A DNA stretch of 63,604 nucleotides, counting the filler, from Collodictyon triciliatum (lineage: Eukaryota), in assembly GCA_043381765.1 (NCBI GenBank). It is 25 parts of 25 records of this genome, joined end to end, with 100 filler letters (N's around TTAATTAATTAA, not from the genome) between each part and the next. Parts side by side here need not be neighbours in the genome. Positions count along the whole stretch, not along the records: positions 12,872 to 15,344 come from JBHJMP010008826.1; positions 15,445 to 17,915 come from JBHJMP010008827.1; positions 18,016 to 20,483 come from JBHJMP010008828.1; positions 20,584 to 23,050 come from JBHJMP010008829.1; positions 23,151 to 25,616 come from JBHJMP010008830.1; 20 more parts are not named here. One strand, 5' to 3'. The position numbers and the translations under genes are program-made. Under the pieces are notes generated by a model that was given only the letters and a program-made list of their open reading frames with translations, searched no databases and was not told the DNA's origin. Below are positions 13,301-23,598 of the stretch, one piece after another (the stretch's first letter is position 1; every line of letters starts with the position of its first letter).

Positions 13301-14753
13301 TGGTCATCTTCTTCGAATATTGGCAACCGACTTTATCATATCAGTACTTTTTTCTCTCCTTTTTTTTTTATTCCTGTTATAGTGAGCAAGAGGAGACAAA
13401 AAATAGAGTCTACATACTTACCAACAGCTGCTGAGAGTTCATCACAAACCGAATCTGCATCGCTTCAAGAAAAAACTGGCCATACGGATGCATGTCTCAC
13501 AATCTACTTTGAACCATCAAATTTAAAAATGTGTTTCTGTTTCACTTGCCGCAGCAGTTTGGTATTTTGTTCCTGGTACTAGCAACTCAAGGTTTGATTT
13601 ACTTGGAAAGGTTAGTGGTTCAGGGCTGCGATGTTGGCGCTGTCGGTAACTCTGAGTCTGAATCGGGCTGCCAAAATGAATCGGAAAATGAAGTTGTCCA
13701 ATCAGAAGAAGTTCTTTTTCTGTGTTATGAGGAGGCACTCTTCCTGCATTCAAATCTACACTGCTTAGAAATCTTTGAGAAGGAAGGCCACGTATGATTG
13801 CATTCAGATGTGCTTGTTTCATCATGTAATACTTTTATGGGCTCGAACAAAAAAAGATTAGTATCTCGGTGTCATTCTTTACTTTCCATACAAAACGGAT
13901 TCTCTTTGTCGAATACTACTTAAACAAAATAAAAAAAAAACACTTCAAATATAAGCCTATATCTTTTTCTCATACGAATTTAATCCATGAATTCAGTTAC
14001 GAAGTGAAAGAAATGTGTGATTATCTAACGCTTCTCTTTTCACTTAGCGGACACTCGATACTGAAGAGCTCTGGGGTATCTTCTGCTCAATCAAGCGCAC
14101 GTTTCCTCAAACTTACGTCACATATTTCAATCTCAGGAAATCTGGATGGATTGTTCGGTCAGGTTTGAAAGTAGGATGAAACTCATTCACTAAATTAATT
14201 CTCAAAAAGAAAAAAAAAGGAAGCATAAACAAACAAACAAACAAACAAACAAACAAACAAACAAACAAACAAACAAACAAACAAACAAACAAACAAACAA
14301 ACAAACAAACAAACAACGAATGGATGCGTTCTTTTTTTTTGGATCAACTATATGCTTCTTTCTATATGTGATTGCGGTATGATGCCATATGCAATATCAC
14401 ACGTATCTTTCTGTCTAAGCACACTTCCTTATCCTCTGCCAGTTTGGGGCTGACTTCTCGTTGTACGAAGATGACCCAGATGCGTGCCATTCAAAGTATT
14501 ATTCAATCACATCTTCCTGGATTCCTCACATTTCACGAACGAAAGAATGGGCATTTTTATCTCTCTGAGCAATACTTTCTTTTTCTTTTCCCTTATTCCT
14601 TTTTTTTTTTCATACCTTACATTCTCTCACAAAACAAACACACAAAATACGTTTGCATATAATACACGCATTTTTTAAAAAAATAATTGGCGCGCAAAAT
14701 GAAAAGAAAAAGAAGCAATATCATACCTTCAAATACGAAAAGCAATCCGACCC

Positions 14754-15158
14754 ATGGTACAAGAACAATCAACAAGCACACAATCGATTAGATACAGCAT
14801 CATCGTGAAGTCGAAGGATGAGATGGAGTCGTTCCGATGGTTCAGTGTTATATCGGCCATGCGAATCCAGGAAAAAGTGGCCAAAGTGAGTGCAGAACTC
14901 CACGCCATACAATCATCATTTCACAAGCAGATGTTCGTGGAAATAGCATCTCACAAGATACGAGCATTTCACATCCCCACATTGCTCATCAACTCGTTTG
15001 CGCCACAGAAACTGGCTCTTGCGGTTGTCGAGCTCTCGCCAGAATCTCTCCACAGCGCTTTTGCCACACTCCAGACTTCGTCCTTTTCCACAATCGAGCT
15101 CCACAGAACTCGCATTGACTCTGAGCGTGATGCAGAAGACGACGAAGCGCGATGGTGA
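14754..15158 (+). CDS. Hypothetical intronless 134-aa protein
   Basis: ATG-to-TGA ORF with coding-like composition between A-rich flanks; no family recognised. Confidence 0.45.
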   Translation: MVQEQSTSTQSIRYSIIVKSKDEMESFRWFSVISAMRIQEKVAKVSAELHAIQSSFHKQMFVEIASHKIRAFHIPTLLINSFAPQKLALAVVELSPESLHSAFATLQTSSFSTIELHRTRIDSERDAEDDEARW

Positions 15159-15444
15159 TGCGGCTGCCTTTGTATTCCCCTTTGCTTTCTTTCGTGGTGG
15201 GGCGATAAATTGAAATTGATCCACTAAATTTGTGTGAAAAGTCGCAAGTAAAGAGTGGGGTATGAAAAAAGAACAAAAAAAAACAAAAAACAAACCAAAA
15301 GACCAAAAAAGACCAACAACAAAAAAACAAAAAAAAAAAACAAANNNNNNNNNNNNNNNNNNNNNNNNNNNNNNNNNNNNNNNNNNNNTTAATTAATTAA
15401 NNNNNNNNNNNNNNNNNNNNNNNNNNNNNNNNNNNNNNNNNNNN

Positions 15445-17081
15445 ATAATAATATTGGAAACGTTTACAATAACCTTGGAAAGTATCTTTTATTTGATTAT
15501 ATATGTTTATCCCTTCATTAATTTATTGTTTAATAGGAATGATAAAGCCCTTGAATACTATCACAAATCACTGGAAATTCGACTGAAAGTGTTTGGAGAA
15601 GTCCACCCTGATGTTGCGATGTCATATAATAATATTGGACTGGTTTACAATAACCTTGGAAAGTATCTTTTATTTGATTATATATGTTTATCATTCATTA
15701 ACTTACTATTTAATAGACATGACAAAGCTCTGGAATATTATCACAAATCAGTGGAGATTAAGTTGAAGGTGTTTGGAGAAATTCACCCTGATGTCGCCAC
15801 TTCATATAATAATATTGGAGCCGTTTACAATAACCTTGGAAAGTATCTTTTATTTGATTATGTTTATGTGTATCCTTTCGTTAACTTATTATTTAATAGA
15901 AATGATAAAGCCCTTGAATACTATCACAAATCACTGGAAATCCGACTGAAAGTGTTTGGAGAAGTCCACCCTGATATTGCCAATTCATATAATAATATTG
16001 GAAACGTTTACAATAACCTTGGAAAGTATCTTTTATTTGATTATGTATATATGTTTATCCTTTCATTAACTTATTATTTGACAGGCATGACAAAGCTCTG
16101 GAGTACTGCCACAAATCATTGGAAATTCAGCTGAAAGTGTTTGGAGAGAACCACCCTAATGTTGCGATGTCATATAATAACATTGGAGCCGTTTACATGA
16201 ATCTTGGAAAGTATTTTTTATTTGATTATATTTATGTTTATCATTTCATTAACTTATTATTGAATAGACATGACAAGGCTCTGGAATACTATCACAAAGA
16301 CCTTGATATTATTCTGAAAGTGTTTGGAGAAATTCACCCTGATGTCGCCACATCATATAATAATATTGGGATGGTTTACTATAACCTTGGAAAGTATGTT
16401 TTATTTGATTATGTTTATGTGTATCCTTTCATTAACTTATTATTTAATAGATATGACAAAGCTCTGGAGTACCACCACAAATCACTGGAAATTAAGCTGA
16501 AGATGTTTGGAGAAGTCCACTCTGATGTTGCTAATTCATATAATAATATTGGGATGGTTTACTGTAACCTTGGAAAGTATCTTTTATTTGATTATGTTTA
16601 TGTGTATCCTTTCGTTAACTTATTATTTAATAGGAATGATAAAGCTCTGGAGTACCATCACAAATCACTGGAAATTAAGCTGAAAGTGTTTGGAGAAATT
16701 CACCCTGATGTCGCCACGTCATATAATAATATTGGGATGGTTTACTATAACCTTGGAAAGTATCTTTTATTTGACTATCTTTATGTGTATCCTTTCGTTA
16801 ACTTTTTATTTAATAGGTATGAGAAAGCTCTGGAGTACTACCAGAAATCACTTGAAATTCAACTGAAAGTATATGGAGAGACACACCCTAGTGTTGCGGT
16901 GTCATATGGGAATATTGGTAGCCTACTTCTGAACCAGAAGAAATACGAAGAGGCTGTGGACATGTACCAAAAAGCCAACACGATATTCAAGACTGTGTAT
17001 GGTGCAGACCATCCCCATACAAAGTTTTCAGAGGAGCTAATGATGAATGCACAGAAGAATTCAAGATGTTCAATCCAGTGA
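15445..17081 (+). CDS. TPR-repeat protein (42-aa kinesin-light-chain/NPHP3-type repeats), 3' part, ending in CaaX (CSIQ)
   Basis: Seven 126-nt exons (15537-15662, 15717-15842, 15900-16025, 16085-16210, 16268-16393, 16451-16576, 16634-16759) and a terminal exon from 16817. Each repeat exon encodes about KxDKALEYYHKSLEIxLKVFGExHPDVAxSYNNIGxVYxNLG. Eight GT-AG introns of 55, 54, 57, 59, 57, 57, 57 and 57 nt. Confidence 0.92.
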
Positions 17082-18055
17082 CTCGTCTGTTACCCACCCC
17101 ATCTAAACAACCCACTCATCCACCCACACACCACCCTTTCCACAAAAACAAGTACAAGTGAGTACTATCCCGATGACCGCCAAACCGAACGAGTGCAGAC
17201 GACTGCTACCTTGTTCGCAGAGGCTGGATGAAAAGAATAAAAAAAAAAAAAAGCCAACCTAACCTTTCCAGCAGTTGCCGATAAACGTGACACATCTCCT
17301 GTTTGCTTGACAATCGACCTTGGGTATGTGTCACAGGCGAAAAGAATGATTATGTGTTGGTTATCATTGCGTTACTGAGGCTGTTTGTTTTCATTTGATT
17401 CATTCACACTATATTTTTTTTCGCTTGGTTAAATCTCGCAATGTCAGCTTCATGGACACAATCTTTTCTTTTTCTTCTTGCGCCCATGATGATGGTGGGC
17501 TGTAACAATACATGCACTCGCTTTGTGTGCCTTTATTCTGTCTTATATTATATTCATCGACTTACTTGAAGGCTGTCGGTATCTTGACTGATTGCACTGT
17601 TGTCTGTTGGATTTGCATCTGCAGTTGTTTGGTTATTCGCCGGAGTGTTTTGTTGTTTGTTTTGGTTTATTGGCTCCACAGTGCGATTAGTCTCGGTTTT
17701 TTCTTTGACATTCACCTGCTCACTACATTTCTTTTCGTTTACTTTTCTGTTTTTTCTGTTTTTTTGTTTTCTTCTGTTTTCCTCTGTTTTCTTCTGTTTT
17801 CATCTTTTTCTTCTGTTTTCTTCTGTTTTCTTCTGTTTTCTTCTGTTTTCTTTTCTTTTCTTTTGTTTTCTTCTGTTTTCTTTTCTTTTTTTTTGTTTGT
17901 TTTTTTCTTTTTTCTNNNNNNNNNNNNNNNNNNNNNNNNNNNNNNNNNNNNNNNNNNNNTTAATTAATTAANNNNNNNNNNNNNNNNNNNNNNNNNNNNN
18001 NNNNNNNNNNNNNNNCCAATAGTCAATTTCTTATTTGATTAAACAGCCCACTCAC

Positions 18056-19117
18056 TTCTAGTTCAAACAATATTTTGAAGAACTTTTCATAAATATCCAT
18101 GCAATCAAGAAGCTTATCATTGCTAATAGGTCGAAGGTTAAATTTTCTCTCTCAAAAAATTAGATTCCATTCTGGTAATGAAATAGAAGAGGCATATATA
18201 TATATAAACATACATAATAGATTAAACCCAGTCCTTATCAATTCCAACAAAGAAAAGAAAATAAAAACCTCATATTCAACTTCCCTGATGCATAAAAACC
18301 AAGGTTGACATTCCAGTTACAATCTTGTGCAAAATAGACCTTCTCTGATATGAAGTTGGAGTATGAACGGATATACATGCTTCCAGAATGGCCTATTTGT
18401 TTGGGGGTGATTTCTTTTGAGCCGCAAATAATACAGTGTAGTATAAATAAAGTGAGAATTATTCGCACGTAAAATTGTATTTATTATATGAGCATCAAAA
18501 CCATATGACAAAGTAAAATCTTTATCCATAAAAAGCAAAGTAAATTCTTCACTTTAATATTTTTTTAGGATATACAAAAATCCAATAAAGATAAGACAAC
18601 GATGTATGTATATATTCGGAGTTTTTTTCTTTTTCAGCACATGGTAAAGATTTTCATAAATACCTCCTGGTGACTTGAGATCCATGAAACTAAACATATT
18701 GAAAATATGTGACGACTTGGCCAAATCCCTTAGGACCCGTTCATTACCGGTGTTGACCATGCGATGGATTACGATAAGACACTTGATAGTAGGCTGTCAG
18801 TGATATACAGTTAGCATGGAACTATACTAGGAATTTGCGATTTCGAAGCGAATTGGCATGTAAGTTATCATTTCTTTTCCTCTTCATATTTAACTCACAA
18901 GCCAATCTTTCTGCTCAGTTAGCCTTTTCTTAAGACAGCGTAAGGCGTCGGTGGATTCTCCGTATGAAGACTGATAGCCTGAACTGATCAGGGTTTGGAT
19001 GTGCTTCTCTTTTGGAGCCTTCTCTTTGTGACTGGTGGCCTTCAGAGTGGCTATTTCGATCGGATCATTGGAAATGCCAACACTGACTTTGTCTTTAATA
19101 GCTGCGATGCTGTTCAT
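18056..19117 (-). CDS. ANTH-domain clathrin assembly protein (AP180/PICALM family), 5' part
   Basis: IATLKATSHKEKAPKEKH, LKKRLTEQKDWL|PTIKCLIVIHRMVNTG and MYIRSYSNFISEK are ANTH motifs. Confidence 0.88.
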
Positions 19118-19780
19118 CCTTGAAGAAAAAGCTGAATGAATATAAATGAATATAGTAAGATTAAGTCAAAATGCTAAAGGAAAAAAATAAATGAATATAG
19201 TAAACGAAAAGAAAAAAGGCACTTCTTTCGTTTGATAGTATTGTCTTTGGTCAGCTGGCTCCAATTATTGGGTCTATTTGTTTACAGGAGGAAAGCTCCT
19301 CTCGCAAAAGTGATCGAATAGTCTGCCTCTGATGAAAGAAAAACCCTTGCTGAGCAGACTTCCTCGCAGAAAGTGATCCAAAGCGCTCGTAGCGTGGTTT
19401 TGTGAGATGCAGTTTCTTGGAAACACCAAAACAAACCAAATATTTCCGAATCGACATGTTAATTAAATGTATGACAATAAATTAAACTTTTTGTTATTAA
19501 AACATAGAATAAGTTGAAATATTCGTATATTAAATGATATAATTATAATTTCCATAATTGATGAACCAAATTTCAAAAATTCAACAATTCGTGTAATCCC
19601 GCTCTCGAACCCGCTCCACGCCTCGTCCTTGTCAGCAAAGGAAGCAAACATAGATCGCATCAGCGCGTAAAACTGCCATCGAGCCAAGCCGCCTCCAAAG
19701 AACGAATAACCTCGCACGCACGCTATAATATAATCCATGACTTTATCTAAGGAGAAAAGAATAGCCCAAAAGGAGACCAA

Positions 19781-20362
19781 ATGAATCCGCAAACTCCGCT
19801 GTCGCTCTCTGCGTCCACCACTTTTGCGCCCAGCTCTGTTACATGCAAGCTCAAAGCCACGCCAATGCCCGAGTCCCGCATGACGTATCCTCCCAGCACA
19901 AGGACAGGCCAGGCGAAAGACGATGCGCACTCTGCACCAAGAATCTCTCCACATTCACGACAATCATCCACACATAACCCGCTTGCTCAGCACCAAGAGC
20001 TTCTCCAACAACATCAGCTCCAACAGAAACGCCAACAAGCGTACCAAATCCAGTCCTCTCGTGGTGTGTCCTTAGACCCATCAAACCACAACCAAAATCC
20101 AAACGGAATCTATCACGCACGATTGAGTGCAAACCCTATAAATCGGACAGGGCAACTCAATCTGCCGAAGCAGAACCCCCGAAGGCCCGCGTCTGCCAAC
20201 CCGCTTGCTATGGTGCCCAAAGCCCCTGAACCGCAGCCTCATGGGGCCCAGAAAGGCATTCAGAACACGAACATACACCCAAAGGCAGCTGCAAGTGGTC
20301 CACACATGAAGAAGCTCCAGCAAAAGAAACCAAGGCTTGACGAGGAAGCGAAAAAGATTCAG
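19781..20362 (+). CDS. First exon of unknown protein with low-complexity Q/P/S-rich N-terminus
   Basis: GC-richer ORF of ~194 codons from ATG to a probable donor (CAG|GT 20362/3); basic KKLQQKKPR near its end. Confidence 0.5.
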
Positions 20363-20427
20363 GTCCGCTGTTCCCGATATTATTACGAAAACAAAAAACA
20401 AACAAAAAAACAAACAAAAAAAACAAA

Positions 20428-20483
<56 letters not shown>

Positions 20484-20583
20484 NNNNNNNNNNNNNNNNN
20501 NNNNNNNNNNNNNNNNNNNNNNNNNNNTTAATTAATTAANNNNNNNNNNNNNNNNNNNNNNNNNNNNNNNNNNNNNNNNNNNN

Positions 20584-22172
20584 ATATTGCCGTACTTGGC
20601 GAGGCAAGTGTTAACTGCTTATCATAATAACATTAAGGGGCATTTTGTAAAGAGGCTACTGCGCTTTATAAACCAAAAAGTACCTAAAGATGAGAATATT
20701 ACGGAAGCTATTAAAAAGCCAGAGTTACCAAAGTTAAAAAAAAAAAGCCATCTTCGAGAAACTCGAAATACCGAAATAATACAAAGAATGGGATATAATG
20801 CATTTGCATCATATCATTACAGCGATATTCTAAATGGTATCGAATATGTCGTCAAAGTCAATCCGAATAAGTACATACCATGTCTGATTTACATGAATCG
20901 TATTTTTGAGGACATTGGAACTAAACTGTTTCAACCAATCTCTATAAGAACTAATAATATACCATGCCATATTACTCTACATATTGCATGTTTGGTGGAT
21001 CTATTAGTATTATCTGGAAAGACATTATTGATGAAGAACATATCAGGATGCAAAGAGACCATATGGGATGAGTTCTTTGAAATGAAGAAGAGGGTCTTTC
21101 ATCAAAGAGACTAGAATTTTAAATATATGATACAAACAAACGGCTTGGCGGTGTCATTATTGTTTGAAAAGAAAGGTATTTCAAATTCAAAATCCAAATA
21201 TAACCAAAAAAAACCCAAGAATATGTACATATATAGATGAACTTTCCGAAGAGATGTTATCTTTCTTAGCGACAAAAAAAAATAGTTGTAGTGGACGCAG
21301 GCAAGTTTAATATGGTTTACATGGTGAACGAGACAGGTATGAAATTACGTTACACGGCACACCAAACAAGACATGATAGAAAATCTCTTAATAATCACAA
21401 AATACTCTTGCGCGAGAAGAAAGTAAAGCAAATGCTTCAGGGTATACATGCCAACATGTTTACAAAGTGCTATTTCTTTTGGTCAAATGAGTATTAAAGA
21501 GAATCAACTGTTTGAGACATCGAATGTATCTTTAATCGATTTAGAGACAGAACTTAGTAAACATAATTCATGCACGGTCGATTATGAAAAATTCGAAAAT
21601 ATGTACCTATGGAATCAAGATACCAGATAGAATTATCCAGAGTTTATGACCGAATAACTTTTCGAAAGATGAGAGGAAGACAGTGTGTTAATACAAAAAG
21701 AAGTGAACAGTTGTTTATGGACCAAATCAAAAAGGCATTTGGCAAGGATGTTGTACTGGCGTATGGATACTGGAGCAGAAAACCTCCAATGAAACATTTT
21801 AAGCCAGCAAATGGAAGAGGATTACGAAAAATACTATCCAAGCGTTCTGAAACAGTGAGCGTGATGAATTTAGAACCTCCAAGATGTGTTGTAACTCGAA
21901 AAAGAACTGGTTGTATGAAACCGAAATGAAATTCAAAAAAGGTGTATAGATGTATCATATGTAAAGAATGCAATCGCTCAGAAAGCAAACAAACTATATC
22001 CTTGACAAGGGAGTTTAACAGCGCTCAAAATATACACAAGAAGGTTCTTTTAATCATTCAAAATATGCGCGTACATTTTCATCTAAAAAACATAGGCAGT
22101 TGGGTCTTTCCTGGCAGCCTTCACCACTACACGGCCTCTGTGAAAAAAAAGTGGGGAGACCTTGCATACTAG
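20584..22172 (+). mobile_element. Degenerate Fanzor1 (TnpB-derived RuvC nuclease) of a transposon, 5'-truncated by contig end
   Basis: Across frames: YLARQVLTAYHNNIKGHFVKRLLRFIN; KLFQPISIRTNNIPCHI; MIQTNGLAVSLLF; RuvC-I VVVDAGK (Asp 21294-21296); AYGYWSR...GRGLRKIL; RuvC-II after a frameshift DEFRTSKMCCN (Glu 21866-21868); Zn ribbon CIICKEC; RuvC-III TREFNSAQNI (GAG 22011-22013 where Asp is expected). Stop at 21112-21114 and several frameshifts. Confidence 0.85.
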
Positions 22173-22260
22173 TGCGCTAAGTTTACCAATCGAAAGATGG
22201 TATTCTCCTTCTTGTATATGCATATGATGGAAAGGAAAGCGCAGTTCTGATCTGCCGGGC
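22095..22260 (+). ncRNA. Candidate Fanzor omegaRNA scaffold
   Basis: Lies at the 3' end of the Fanzor ORF. Hand-found complementarities: GGTCTTTCC 22103-22111/GGGGAGACC 22153-22161; TGCGCT 22173-22178/AGCGCA 22238-22243; GAAA-tetraloop hairpin TACC-A-ATC-GAAA-GAT-GGTA 22184-22202; CCTGGCAG 22110-22117/CTGCCGGG 22252-22259. Confidence 0.45.
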
Positions 22261-23200
22261 TTTTGACTGGAATACTAGGGTGGGGGCCGGGAGGTGGCGT
22301 GTTTGTCTGGAAATAGAACGACCCACCCAAGGGTTTCCCTCCAACAAACGAGATGAAGACAGAGCCTCAAGTTATGGACATTTGTGGAATATATTTATAT
22401 AATCAATTTATAGGCAAAAAATTAATATCGATGTTGCTGATATATTCTATTATGATTCAATATATGTATATTTTACATATTCTAAAGTTTTATTCATTAC
22501 ACCTATTTCTCCAAAAAAATGCTTGGCATCCCGCCCGGAGAACCTATGTCGTTAGGAATGTTTTTCGCGGTACTTGAGGCTCAGAAAACGAAGGAGAGGG
22601 AAAAAATCAAATTGGGCGTCTTGTTTTGGAAATGACAATTTCTGTTTCACTATTTTTAAAAATATATTGAAACAAAAAATTGTATAAAACGAATAGAGCC
22701 CTGGCTAAGCTGGAGTTAAATGCGCAAAGTAGTTGCTATACAATGAAAAGTTCTCATTTTAGGTTATTCACATTGAAAGTTTCTTGGGGCAGCCTTTGGG
22801 TATCCCCGATCAATTTTCCTGCGAGTGCGTTCGGGTGCGCGTTGTATTCAGTTAGAGAATAACATTTCATTGGGCGAATTGGCAGCCAGCGTCGTTCTCG
22901 CCGGCATTGATCGTGGGGGGTGCTCAAAGTCGGAACGAGGGGGCTCGCTTTACCGCGGTCACTGCAAGTCCCTGAAGCAGCGAAATACTGGCTCAGAAAA
23001 AACAAAAAACAAAAAACAAAAAACAAAAAACAAAAAACAAAAAACAAAAANNNNNNNNNNNNNNNNNNNNNNNNNNNNNNNNNNNNNNNNNNNNTTAATT
23101 AATTAANNNNNNNNNNNNNNNNNNNNNNNNNNNNNNNNNNNNNNNNNNNNTTCTTATTCTTATTCTTATTCTTATTCTTATTCTTATTCTTATTATTATT

Positions 23201-23284
<84 letters not shown>

Positions 23285-23285
23285 G

Positions 23286-23459
23286 GTCCAGAACATCGGA
23301 GCCCGTCGTCTTCACTCCATCATGGAACGCGTCACAGAAGACATCTCCTTCCGCTCGAGCGACTTCAAAGGACAGGCATTCACCATCGACAAAGCATACG
23401 TCCACGATCGCCTCAAAGACGCGCTTGTCCAGGTCGATCTATCAAAGTTTGTTCTATAA
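23286..23459 (+). CDS. hslU: HslU (ClpY) ATPase subunit of the HslUV protease, last exon
   Basis: VQNIGARRLHSIMERVTEDISF...IDKAYVHDRLKDALVQVDLSKFVL* carries the NIGARRL motif and DLS(R/K)F(I/V)L C-terminal tail. Preceded by an intron with (ATC)n. Confidence 0.92.
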   Translation, partial: VQNIGARRLHSIMERVTEDISFRSSDFKGQAFTIDKAYVHDRLKDALVQVDLSKFVL

Positions 23460-23598
23460 AGCGGAAACCAACCACCTGTTTAACCAAATAAAAAAAAAAA
23501 AGGAGGGAAAAGAAGACGAAAAAAATGAGTAGGAATGAATAATTAAAGAACGGTAAAAAAAATAAATAAAAAAAAGTTGAATAAGGAAGCACAGACAG

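Noticed and set aside
15454-17081. Taking the track ORFs literally as TPRs with hydrophobic 19-aa spacers and a frameshift
   Set aside because: The spacers are GT-AG bounded, two are not 3n, and removing them gives exact 42-aa repeats. They are introns.
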